A stretch of 64,000 bases of DNA from Fimbriimonadales bacterium. GTDB taxonomy: Bacteria > Armatimonadota > Fimbriimonadia > Fimbriimonadales > JABRVX01. Of this stretch, positions 9,587 through 18,474 are shown piece by piece. The notes under the pieces are model-generated. The model did not search any database. It had not been told where the DNA came from and saw only the letters and a program-made list of their open reading frames with translations. How positions within the stretch are numbered: the stretch's first letter is position 1; every line of letters starts with the position of its first letter. The translations under genes were made by a program, and so were the position numbers. The stretch lies in the NCBI GenBank assembly GCA_045862955.1, contig BTVI01000006.1, positions 1-64,000 on the forward strand. The letters are read 5' to 3'.

Positions 9587-10911
9587 GAATCAGCGCCCCC
9601 GAGCCAGACCTAAGTGCGGATGTGGAAGCGGTTCGCGCGTGCGACCCGGTGCGCGTTCATGGTCGGGTCGCCCAGGTGGTGGGACTGGTGCTGGAGTCGA
9701 ACGGTCCGAGGGCCGCTCTGGGTGAGGTGTGCGTCGTCAGTGACGCTACATCGGGAAGATCCGTGCATGCCGAGGTGGTGGGGTTTCGGGAGTCGCGGGT
9801 GCTTCTCATGCCACTCGGTCCGCTAGAGGGGATTTGTGAGGGAGCGGTGGTCGAAGCGGGGGGCCGCAGGCCGTCCGTGCCGGCATCCGACGCGATGCTC
9901 GGGCGGGTGCTGGACGGGCTCGGCCGCCCCATGGATGGCGGCCCCCCGCTGCCCGATGTTCGCCCACGCCCTCTCGAGGCACTACCGCCCAGCCCGCTCG
10001 AGCGGCGAATCCTGGACGCCCCGCTGTGTCTCGGTGTGCGTGCGATTGACGCGCTGCTGACATGTGCGAGCGGACAACGCGTGGGCATCTTCTCGGGCAG
10101 TGGCGTGGGCAAGAGCACGTTACTGGGCATGATCGCGCGCAACACCTCGGCCGAGGTGAACGTCATCGCCCTGGTGGGCGAGCGCGGGCGCGAGGTGCGG
10201 GAGTTCATCGAGAACGATCTCGGGCCCGAGGGGATGAGCCGCTCGGTGTTGGTGGTCGCGACGTCCGATCAGCCGGCGCTCGTGCGGGTCAAGGCGCCGC
10301 TGGTGGCTACCGCCATCGCCGAGCACTTCCGGGACGAGGGCAAGGACGTGGTGCTGATGATGGACTCCCTGACTCGGCTTGCCATGGCACAACGAGAGGT
10401 GGGCCTGTCGGTCGGCGAGCCACCAAGCACGCGTGGGTACACGCCTTCGGTGTTTGCGATGATGCCACGTCTACTGGAGCGGGCCGGAACCGCTGCAGTG
10501 GGAAGCATCACGGGCATCTACACGGTCCTCGTCGAGGGTGACGACACGAACGAGCCTATCGCCGACCATGCGCGTGCCATCTTGGACGGTCACATCGTGC
10601 TCTCTCGCGCGCTGGCGCACCAGGGTCACTACCCGGCGATCGACATTAGCCAGAGCATCTCGCGCGTGATGCCGATGGTGGTGTCCGAAGAGCACCTGGA
10701 GACCGCTCGTCGGTTTCGGGAACTGCTGTCAGCATATGCTGGCGCGGAAGACCTCATTCAGATCGGGGCGTACCAAGCTGGCTCGAACCCGCTCGTGGAC
10801 AAAGCTATCGAGCGGCGCGATGCGATGAACGCCTTCCTGCGGCAAGGCCGAGATGAGCGAGGCAGCATCCCCGAGGCGCTGGCACGAATGCGGGAGGCCA
10901 TCGGTGCGTAG
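9583..10911 (+). CDS. fliI: Flagellar export ATPase FliI
   Basis: GQRVGIFSGSGVGKSTLL, GERGREV, MDSLTR, GEPPSTRGYTPS, LDGHIVLSR. Confidence 0.96.
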   Translation: MRISAPEPDLSADVEAVRACDPVRVHGRVAQVVGLVLESNGPRAALGEVCVVSDATSGRSVHAEVVGFRESRVLLMPLGPLEGICEGAVVEAGGRRPSVPASDAMLGRVLDGLGRPMDGGPPLPDVRPRPLEALPPSPLERRILDAPLCLGVRAIDALLTCASGQRVGIFSGSGVGKSTLLGMIARNTSAEVNVIALVGERGREVREFIENDLGPEGMSRSVLVVATSDQPALVRVKAPLVATAIAEHFRDEGKDVVLMMDSLTRLAMAQREVGLSVGEPPSTRGYTPSVFAMMPRLLERAGTAAVGSITGIYTVLVEGDDTNEPIADHARAILDGHIVLSRALAHQGHYPAIDISQSISRVMPMVVSEEHLETARRFRELLSAYAGAEDLIQIGAYQAGSNPLVDKAIERRDAMNAFLRQGRDERGSIPEALARMREAIGA

Positions 10912-11374
10912 ATTCCGCTTTCGCCTGGAATCCGTTCTGCGCTACCGCCGACGCATCGAGGAGATAAAAGAAGCGTCGTTTGCGCGTGCGCACCGCAATC
11001 GGCTGATAGCCGAGGCGCGTGCTGCGGAGATGGAGCGCACGCGAGAGAGGGTGAGCAGCATGGAGCTAGGTGTGGACTTGGACACTCGGCGGCAACGCGA
11101 GCTCTATCTGATGCGCCTGGATGACATGATCGCGGCCCAGCGCCAACTGGTAGAGATACTGATGCGAGACGAAGATGCCGCGCGTGAGGAGTGGCTGGCT
11201 GCCCGACGCGAGGTGAAGGCGTTGGAGGAACTGAGGGAAAGGGCACTTCGGCGCCACGAGAAGGAAGTGCTCCGCGAAGAACAGCGCGAGTTGGACGAGT
11301 GGGCCATCCTGACTCGGAAACCCTCACCCCAGCCCTCTCCCTTGGGAAGGGAGAGGGAGGTGAGACATGCATAG
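10904..11374 (+). CDS. fliJ: Flagellar export protein FliJ; C-terminus runs into the palindromic repeat
   Basis: VRRFRFRLESVLRYR start, EQRELDE near the end; tail PSPQPSPLGREREVRHA is encoded by the repeat. Confidence 0.88.
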   Translation: MRRFRFRLESVLRYRRRIEEIKEASFARAHRNRLIAEARAAEMERTRERVSSMELGVDLDTRRQRELYLMRLDDMIAAQRQLVEILMRDEDAAREEWLAARREVKALEELRERALRRHEKEVLREEQRELDEWAILTRKPSPQPSPLGREREVRHA

Positions 11375-11906
11375 TGGACCGCAGCGGACGCGGGCGGTTC
11401 CCCCTGGAGGCCCTGCGGAAGGGGGAACCTCGAGGAGGGGGTCGCTGCAGGGGCAGCGCTCACGCGAAGCCAGTCGGAAACCCTCACCCCAGCCCTCTCC
11501 CTTGGGAAGGGAGAGGGAGGCGAGACATGCGTAGTGGACCGCAGTGGGTGCGGGCGGTTCCCCCTGGAGGCTCTGCGGAAGGGGGAACCTCGAGGAGGGG
11601 GTCGCTGCAGGGGCAGCGCCCACGCGGCGCCAGTCGCAAACCCTCACCCCGGCCCTCTCCCTCGGGGAGGGAGAGGGAGGGACGGTAGCGCTGGATAGGC
11701 GCGAGGGGGTGGAGAACCCTCACCCCGGCCCTCTCCCTCGGGGAGGGAGAGGGAGGGACGGTAGCACTGGATAGGCGCGAGAGAGTGGAGAACCCTCACC
11801 CCGGCCCTCTCCCTCGGGGAGGGAGAGGGAGGGACGGTAGCACTGGATAGGCGCGAGAGTGGAGAACCCTCACCCCGGCCCTCTCCCTTGGGAAGGGAGA
11901 GGGAGG
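11321..11906 (+). repeat. Array of 6 REP-like palindromes (two 160-bp units, then 74-76-bp units)
   Basis: CCCTCACCCC(A/G)GCCCTCTCCCTYGGGRAGGGAGAGGGAGG at 11321, 11481, 11641, 11717, 11793 and 11867. Spacers are near-identical within each unit class. Confidence 0.95.
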
Positions 11907-11937
11907 GGAAGAAGAGATGAGTTGCAGTGGACCTATC

Positions 11938-12720
11938 CTATCGGCGGGGTGGTATGTAGATGATACGGTTAGTGGTAGGGTCTACCAGCAGTGTGCCCTC
12001 CTCGATGATGCCACCCTGTCCCCCGGATGCACCCATGCCTCGACCCCCACCCGGCGCATTGCCGGACCCCGGCCGGCCGCCTGCTCCCGGGAAGCCTCCG
12101 GGCCCGATGCCTGGCATGCCACTCGGTCCCGTACCGGTTGCACCGCCGGGACCGAGCCCCGGACCCCACTGGCTCTGACCAATACCACCAGGGCCGCCGA
12201 ACCGTTGTCCGCCGAATCCTGGCCCATAGCCACCAAAGCCTGGCATGCCACTACCCATTAAGTTATGAAGCGTCCACCACTCCGGACTCGTCGGTTGCTC
12301 ACCCCGCAACAGCATGACTATCACGTACGGGTCGGCGTGTCGCACCGTAAACACCTCGATACGCTGCTCCCGCTCCAGTAGCCGATCCACAGGCTGCTCC
12401 GCTGTAAGTACTGTAGGTGGCTCCTCGGTCCGCGGTCGAACGACATACACGCCGCCCTCGACGACGTACTCTGCCTTCACCTGCTGCAGCACCAGTCGCA
12501 AAGCCGTTTCGAAGGGAACGTCCTTCACCGAGATGGTGACCGAACCCTGCACGGCCGGGTCTACCGAGTAGTTCAGCCCAGTCTGCGTGAACAGCGCACG
12601 CAGCGCCACCCTTACATCGAGGTCCTGCGCCTGTAAGGTGACGTTGCCGGGCCCACCCTGCGCTATCACAACCAACGCAGAAAGGACTAAGCCCAAGGCC
12701 AGTAGGACTCGTAACCGCAT
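11938..12720 (-). CDS. Secreted protein with secretin/TonB short N-terminal (STN-like) domain and Gly-rich tail
   Basis: Signal peptide MRLRVLLALGLVLSALVVIA; VTLQAQDLDVRVALRALF..VDPAVQGSVTISVKDVPFETALRLVL; no secretin pore domain seen. Confidence 0.75.
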   Translation of the reverse strand: MRLRVLLALGLVLSALVVIAQGGPGNVTLQAQDLDVRVALRALFTQTGLNYSVDPAVQGSVTISVKDVPFETALRLVLQQVKAEYVVEGGVYVVRPRTEEPPTVLTAEQPVDRLLEREQRIEVFTVRHADPYVIVMLLRGEQPTSPEWWTLHNLMGSGMPGFGGYGPGFGGQRFGGPGGIGQSQWGPGLGPGGATGTGPSGMPGIGPGGFPGAGGRPGSGNAPGGGRGMGASGGQGGIIEEGTLLVDPTTNRIIYIPPRR

Positions 12721-12766
12721 CTCGCACCTCCACACGCTAATAAGACGCGGGGAAGCGCGGAGGGTT

Positions 12767-13786
12767 TCAGGCAGTTGCGCCGGAAAGCACGCGCTCTGCC
12801 AGCTTCTCGGCAACTGCGGGTTCGATGTCCTCGACACTCGGCCCGTCTGACACGTACTGGATGGGCAGGCCCCACCGGGCACCGACTGCGAGCAGGGCGG
12901 AGAGATCGGCAGTCACGTCGAGGTGCGTATAGACGACGCGGTTGGGCCCGGCGCCCACCGTCATGTCCACGAACCGCAGCGCATCTTTCGGCTTCATCGC
13001 GGCACTCAGCACGAGCACCGCCTCTGCGCCCAACTGCGAAAGTGCGAGGCGTGTCTCCTCGAACACGAGACCGTGGCCCGGCTGCACGGCGGAGGTGTCT
13101 GCTATCACCAAGTCGCAAGGCTGCAGCGAAGAGAACGCCGATGCCACCTGGTCGGCAGAGTTGACCGCCTCGAACAGAATGCCGAGGGCCGAGGCAATGG
13201 CCCGAAGTTGGTCCATCCCACCGGGCTTCTTGTAGTCCATACCGAGTAGTCCGACGCGCCCCTGAGACGAGAGACGAAGAGCCAGTTTGGCGGCGGTAAT
13301 CGTCTTGCCGGCACCACTGGGACCAATCAGCGCCATCACGCGCGGACCTCCACCCGGCACGACCTCCTCCGGCGCTGCGGCGAGCAACCCAGCCAGCAGC
13401 TCGCGAGTCGGAACTCGGTCCGCGTAGGCACCCAGTTCAGCCGGGTCGACTCCGAGTGCTTTCCAAGCCTTGTGTGCTTGTGGTGGGGCCGCGGGGGCCA
13501 TCAGCACCGCGCCCTTCTCGAAGAGGTTGTTGACCGTTTCCCGAAGGTCCTCCAACTCTCTGCGAACCTGATCCACGTCTATCCCTGGTCGCGAGGGCTC
13601 ATCGGCCGCCCCGGCGTCTCCACCCGCTCGCGCGACCACTTCGTACACCTTCTTGCCCAGCAGCCCTGGCAGACCGGGCGCAGGTGTCCTACGCTCGCTG
13701 ACGATGACGGCGTCCGGCCCCAGCTTGCTCTTCAAGCGCAACACGGCTTCGAGACGGCTGTCGGCGATTACCTTGAGTTCGTTCAT
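12767..13786 (-). CDS. flhF: FlhF-like SRP-family GTPase
   Basis: N-terminal KLGPDAVIVSER..EVVA, GPSGAGKTITAAKLA; directly downstream of flhA. Confidence 0.85.
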   Translation of the reverse strand: MNELKVIADSRLEAVLRLKSKLGPDAVIVSERRTPAPGLPGLLGKKVYEVVARAGGDAGAADEPSRPGIDVDQVRRELEDLRETVNNLFEKGAVLMAPAAPPQAHKAWKALGVDPAELGAYADRVPTRELLAGLLAAAPEEVVPGGGPRVMALIGPSGAGKTITAAKLALRLSSQGRVGLLGMDYKKPGGMDQLRAIASALGILFEAVNSADQVASAFSSLQPCDLVIADTSAVQPGHGLVFEETRLALSQLGAEAVLVLSAAMKPKDALRFVDMTVGAGPNRVVYTHLDVTADLSALLAVGARWGLPIQYVSDGPSVEDIEPAVAEKLAERVLSGATA

Positions 13787-15846
13787 GCGGCTATGCGCCC
13801 TACCGGGTTCACTTCGGTTCTAGGCACGATCTCATTATAGGCAACCACGGCTAAGCTCGGGATAGACCGCTCCACCAACCTGCGCAGCGGCAGCCGAATC
13901 GGGCTGGAGCACAGGAGTACGGGCGTTGTGCCCTGGACCGCGGCATTCTCCGCCTGCTTCTCCAGGTGCGAAAGCAGGCTCTCCGCAACCTGTGGGTCGA
14001 GCGCGAGCATCTGCCCGAAGGTGGTCTGCTGAACGCTCTCCTTCAACATCTGCTCCAACTGGGGGTCGAGGGTGATCACGTGCAGCGTTCCGCGCTCGTC
14101 TTGGTAGAGTCTGGTAATGACGCGTGAAAGGGCCGCACGAACAAGTTCTCCTAACTGCTCAGGGTCCTTGATGCGAGCGCCGTAGTCGGCGAGCGTCTCC
14201 AGAATGGTGACCGTGTCTCGAATAGGCACCCTCTCGTGCAGCAAGTGAGCGAACACCTTCTGAACGTCACCCAACGAGAGCACGTCGGGTATCAGCTCCT
14301 CCACCACCGCAGGCGTCTGCCGCCGCACATGGTCGATGAGCATCTGCACGTCCTGTCGGCTGAGCAGCTCGCCCGCATGCGCCTTCACAACCTCTGTTAG
14401 GTGTGTGGCGATCATGGCACCGGGATCTACCACGGTGTAGCCGTTTCGCTCCGCCTGCTCGCGCTGGTGAGGCTCGATCCACCGGGCAGGCAGGCCGAAA
14501 ACCGGCTCGGTGGTCGGGCTGCCGGGGATCTGTCCAGTTATGCCCCCCGACTCGATGGCGAGTACCTGGTTTGCGAATGCGGTACCACCAGCCACTCGCT
14601 CGCCACGAATGCGAATCACGTAGTCGTTAGGGGGTAGTTGGATGTTGTCGCGAATGCGAACCGAGGGCATGACGAAGCCCAGCTCGGCTGCGATCTGACG
14701 GCGAATGACGCTAACACGGTCGGCGAGATCCCCCTGCTCGCGGGGATCCGCGAGCCGTGTAATGGCATAGCCCAACTCGAGCTCGATGGGGTCTACACTG
14801 ACCAGTGATAGCATCGCTTCCGGGCCTGCGGGTGCCTTCTCTTGCGTCTGCTGCGGCGCCGGTGCAACCTTCTGTTTCTGCGGTCTCACCCAATAAGCGA
14901 GAGTGCCTGTCAGCAAGGCGACTGCCAGGAAAGGAACCTTGGGAAACCCCGGTACCAGCGCGAGCAAAATCAGCGCACCCGTCGCTGCCATCAACGAGCG
15001 TGGCTGCGCCAGGATTTGGGTGAATAGTGCGGTGCCTAGCGAGTCCGTAGCGCCGCTCCGCGTAACCATCAATCCCGCCGCGGTGGACACCAGCAAAGCT
15101 GGGATCTGTGCTACCAAACCCTCGCCGACTGTCAGCAGCGTGTAGGTCCGTAGGATCGTCATGGCATCGTTCTCCCCGCGGAGGAATCCTACGCCGAAGC
15201 CTCCCACGATGTTCACGATCAAGATCAGCACGGCGGCGATGGCGTCACCCTTCACGAACTTGCTCGCACCGTCCATCGCGCCGTAGAAGTCTGCTTCCTG
15301 CTTGACCTGCCTGCGCCGCTCGCGCGCCTCGTTCTCGTCGATCAGGCCAGCGTTCAGGTCCGCGTCTATGCTCATCTGCTTTCCGGGCATCGCGTCCAGT
15401 GTGAACCTCGCAACCACCTCTGCCACGCGTCCCGCGCCGTTAGTGATGACTACGAACTGCACGATGACCAGAATGACGAAGGCGACGAGACCCACTACCA
15501 TGTCTCCGCCTACGAGGAAGTTGCCGAACGCCTCGATGATTCGGCCTGCGCTCGCGGAGCCGAGGATCAGCTTCGTCGCCGCGATGCTGAGGGCGAGGCG
15601 CAGCAGCGTGGACATAAGCAGCAGGGAAGGGAACGAAGCGAATTGCAGCGGGTCAGTGACCGATGCGGACATGATAGCAATCGTCACCGCGCTGCCCAGG
15701 CTGATCACGAATCCCGTGTCCAGCAGCCACTCCGGCAGCGGCAGCACTAACATGCCGACCACTACCATGATGCCGAGCGCGACAATCACATCGGTGTTTC
15801 GCAACAGCCGATTGAGACCGGTACCCGTCACCACGGCGGTGGCCAC
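13783..15846 (-). CDS. flhA: Flagellar export protein FlhA
   Basis: FHIPEP motif RVAEVVARFTLDAMPGKQMSIDADLNAG, FYGAMDGASKFVKGDAIA. Confidence 0.97.
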   Translation of the reverse strand: MATAVVTGTGLNRLLRNTDVIVALGIMVVVGMLVLPLPEWLLDTGFVISLGSAVTIAIMSASVTDPLQFASFPSLLLMSTLLRLALSIAATKLILGSASAGRIIEAFGNFLVGGDMVVGLVAFVILVIVQFVVITNGAGRVAEVVARFTLDAMPGKQMSIDADLNAGLIDENEARERRRQVKQEADFYGAMDGASKFVKGDAIAAVLILIVNIVGGFGVGFLRGENDAMTILRTYTLLTVGEGLVAQIPALLVSTAAGLMVTRSGATDSLGTALFTQILAQPRSLMAATGALILLALVPGFPKVPFLAVALLTGTLAYWVRPQKQKVAPAPQQTQEKAPAGPEAMLSLVSVDPIELELGYAITRLADPREQGDLADRVSVIRRQIAAELGFVMPSVRIRDNIQLPPNDYVIRIRGERVAGGTAFANQVLAIESGGITGQIPGSPTTEPVFGLPARWIEPHQREQAERNGYTVVDPGAMIATHLTEVVKAHAGELLSRQDVQMLIDHVRRQTPAVVEELIPDVLSLGDVQKVFAHLLHERVPIRDTVTILETLADYGARIKDPEQLGELVRAALSRVITRLYQDERGTLHVITLDPQLEQMLKESVQQTTFGQMLALDPQVAESLLSHLEKQAENAAVQGTTPVLLCSSPIRLPLRRLVERSIPSLAVVAYNEIVPRTEVNPVGRIAA

Positions 15847-15849
15847 TGG

Positions 15850-16872
15850 CTAGTTTCCTCCCCCGAGCTGCCGTCGCATCTCGCGCGTTGCTTCCCCTAT
15901 ACGCTTCAGCGCCGCTTGCGCATCTTTACCTATCAGCTTGCTAGGGAAGCCCCCGCGAATCCGCGCCGGCGTGATCCGCAGTGATGTCAGAGCTCCCCCG
16001 CGATAGCGCATCTCGAAGACCACGGTTTCGCCGAGTGGCCCTGCGTGATTGGGTGCCGTGAAATTGCCCACAGAGTACAGGATCGGTTTGCCACGATACA
16101 TGGCGTAAGGTTGCAAAACATGGGGGTGATGGCCGATGACACCGTCGGCGCCGGCCTCTATCGTGGCCTTTGCCAGCGCCACCTGATAGGCGGTGGGTGT
16201 GGTGTGCCTCTCCATGCCCCAGTGGTAGGACACGAGCACGATGTCAGCCATCCGCCTGGCCGCGGAGATTGCCCCTCGCAGCTTCGTCCTCATAGCCTCC
16301 GTTACTCCGCTTCCCCCGCCGCGTAAGGCGTTTACGCCCGCTTCCGTGGCACCGGCAGGGCTGCATGCGGCCAAAGCACCCTCGCCGCGGAAGGCCAAGA
16401 AAGCCAAGAACGCTACCTTCACGCCGTTCGCATCGATCACCACAGGACGCGACGCCTCGTCTCGATTACTACCAGCCCCCACTGCCTTCATGCCTGCTCG
16501 CGATACCGCAGCAATCGTCTCGAGCAGTCCCTGCGCGCCATAGTCCATCGCATGGTTGTTCGCTAGCGAGAGGACGTCGAAGCTGGCCCTGTCCAACAGC
16601 GGAATCCACCCCGGATCGGCTCGGAGGATGTACTGACTCTTCGCGGCCACATCGCGAGCTCTCTTGGCAGTCGTGGGTCGGCCTGCCTTCGTCGGAGGTG
16701 TTTCCAGGTTGCCGAAGGTCACGTCTGGCATGGCGAGGTCCGAGCGCAACGACTGGAATGCGATCGGTGAAGGCGCAAGTCCATTCAGCATTAGGTCGCC
16801 CACCGCTGCCACGTTAATCGGCACGCCTTGGGCGGCGGCGATCGCTTGTCCTGCAACATAGGTCAACCACAT
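15850..16872 (-). CDS. CapA-family metallophosphoesterase
   Basis: VGDLML, GNLET, LANNHAMDYG, SYHWGME, IGHHPHVLQ, YSVGNF. Confidence 0.9.
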   Translation of the reverse strand: MWLTYVAGQAIAAAQGVPINVAAVGDLMLNGLAPSPIAFQSLRSDLAMPDVTFGNLETPPTKAGRPTTAKRARDVAAKSQYILRADPGWIPLLDRASFDVLSLANNHAMDYGAQGLLETIAAVSRAGMKAVGAGSNRDEASRPVVIDANGVKVAFLAFLAFRGEGALAACSPAGATEAGVNALRGGGSGVTEAMRTKLRGAISAARRMADIVLVSYHWGMERHTTPTAYQVALAKATIEAGADGVIGHHPHVLQPYAMYRGKPILYSVGNFTAPNHAGPLGETVVFEMRYRGGALTSLRITPARIRGGFPSKLIGKDAQAALKRIGEATREMRRQLGGGN

Positions 16873-16878
16873 GAGTTT

Positions 16879-17379
16879 CTATTCCTCTCCTAACACTCGA
16901 GCCACGTAAGCGACGGTTTCGGGATAGGGTGGCACCGACCCGTATCGCTGCACAGCGCCCGGCCCAGCGTTGTACGCTGCAACTGCCAGCTTCGGATCGC
17001 CGAACCGGTCCAACATGCTACGTAGGTATCTGGCCCCTCCATCCAAGTTCTGCACGGGGTCGAACGGGTCTTGCACGCCGAGCGCCTGTGCGGTCGCCGG
17101 CATCAGCTGTGCCAGCCCCATGGCACCTGCCGAGGATACCGCCCTCGGATTGCCGCCACTCTCCGCGCTGACCAGCCGCTCGAAAAGATCAGGGTCCACA
17201 CCGTGTCGCGTTGCAGCCTCGCGCGCCAACGCAGCGATGTCTCCCGAGAGAGGCGCTAGCCCTCCACTGCCGGCCCTCCTCGCTCTTGGCTGCTCGGGCC
17301 GACCCAACAGTTCGTCCATGCGCCGCTCGATCTGCGCGATCCGGCTCTCGATCCTAGCCACCAGCCCCTCGACTCTCAC
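16879..17379 (-). CDS. Lytic transglycosylase (SLT domain)
   Basis: AESGGNPRAVSSAGAMGLAQLMPATA, AAYNAGPGAV, PPYPETVAYV. Confidence 0.93.
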   Translation of the reverse strand: MRVEGLVARIESRIAQIERRMDELLGRPEQPRARRAGSGGLAPLSGDIAALAREAATRHGVDPDLFERLVSAESGGNPRAVSSAGAMGLAQLMPATAQALGVQDPFDPVQNLDGGARYLRSMLDRFGDPKLAVAAYNAGPGAVQRYGSVPPYPETVAYVARVLGEE

Positions 17380-17497
17380 GCTACATCACCTCCCATGGCG
17401 CTCCATTCCGAAGGTGCCCTGCCCGTCCCTCCCTCTCCCAAATCGCTGTATTCGCGCGGACTCAGGTGGCGCTGCCTTCCGAAGACGCCCCCCAGGC

Positions 17498-17697
17498 CCT
17501 CCCTCTCCCTTCCCAAGGGAGAGGGCCGGGGTGAGGGTTTCCAACTGGCGCCGCGTCGGCGCTCTCCCTGCAGCGACCCTCTCCTCGAGGTTCCCCCTTC
17601 CGCAGAGCCTCCAGGGGGAACCGCCCGCACCCACTGCGGTCCACTACGCATGTCTCACCTCCCTCTCCCTCCCCGAGGGAGAGGGCCGGGGTGAGGG
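17498..17697 (-). repeat. Inverted copy of the 160-bp unit with two palindromes
   Basis: Reverse complement matches 11481-11680 with about 12 mismatches in 200 bp; partial palindrome also near 17427-17439. Confidence 0.93.
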
Positions 17698-18087
17698 TGC
17701 GCTCGTTACCTCTGTGCCTAGCCGAGGCCGATACCGCCTGATTCTGTCGGCGCAAGTGACATAGATGGTCTCCAGTACGGCGTCAAGGTGGCGCTCGAGG
17801 TCGGAGACCGTCACCCGGAGCGTAGCGATACCGTGTGCGCTCAGCCACTCGTCTCTGGCCTCGTCTCGTGCCCAGCTGGCAGTATGAGAGCTCCCATCCA
17901 GCTCGACTGCGAGGAGCGCTTCGTGGCAGTAGAAGTCCAGAACATAAGGTCCGATTGGATGCTGACGCCTGAACTTCACCTCAGCGCCTCGATTGCGGAG
18001 TGCTCTCCAGAGTTTTCGCTCCGGGATGCTCATTTCTCGGCGCAGCAGACGAGCCTGTGCAGTTGCGCTCTTGGCCTGGTTCCTCAC
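17644..18087 (-). CDS. DUF559 / Vsr-like PD-(D/E)xK endonuclease
   Basis: ARLLRREMSIPERKLWRALR, KFRRQHPIGPYVLDFYC, AVELDGSSH, DEARDEWL..GIATLR. GTG start at 18087 assumed; the ORF track extends into the repeat (18207). Confidence 0.88.
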   Translation of the reverse strand: MRNQAKSATAQARLLRREMSIPERKLWRALRNRGAEVKFRRQHPIGPYVLDFYCHEALLAVELDGSSHTASWARDEARDEWLSAHGIATLRVTVSDLERHLDAVLETIYVTCADRIRRYRPRLGTEVTSAPSPRPSPSGREREVRHA

Positions 18088-18140
18088 GGCGCGACGATTC
18101 GCTCCGTAACTACTGCGTTCCTGCCAGCGCTCGGTCGGAA

Positions 18141-18469
18141 CCCTCACCCCGGCCCTCTCCCTTGGGAAGGGAGAGGGAGGCGGCGACAACACTGCGCACC
18201 AACGCAAGGGTGAGAACCCTCACCCCGGCCCTCTGCCTTCGGAAGGGAGAGGGAGGAAAACACTGCTTACCAACGCAAGGGAGAGAACCCTCACCCCGCC
18301 CCTCTCCCTTCGGAAGGGAGAGGGAGGAGAACACTCCATACCAACGCAAGAGTCAGAACCCTCACCCCGGCCCGCTCCCTTGGGAAGGGAGAGGGAGGAA
18401 AACACTCCATACCAACGCAAGAGTCAGAACCCTCACCCCGGCCCTCTCCCTTGGGAAGGGAGAGGGAGG
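18141..18469 (+). repeat. Array of 5 REP-like palindromes with related ~31-36-bp spacers
   Basis: Copies at 18141, 18217, 18288, 18359 and 18430; spacers share AACACT...ACCAACGCAAG. Confidence 0.95.
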
Positions 18470-18474
18470 GGGGA

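Noticed and set aside
11321..11906. CRISPR array
   Set aside because: Spacers are near-identical to each other, unit lengths are 160 and ~75 bp, the repeat is dispersed, and there are no cas genes.
18141..18469. CRISPR array
   Set aside because: Period of ~71 bp is CRISPR-like, but spacers are homologous to one another and the repeat is the dispersed palindrome.
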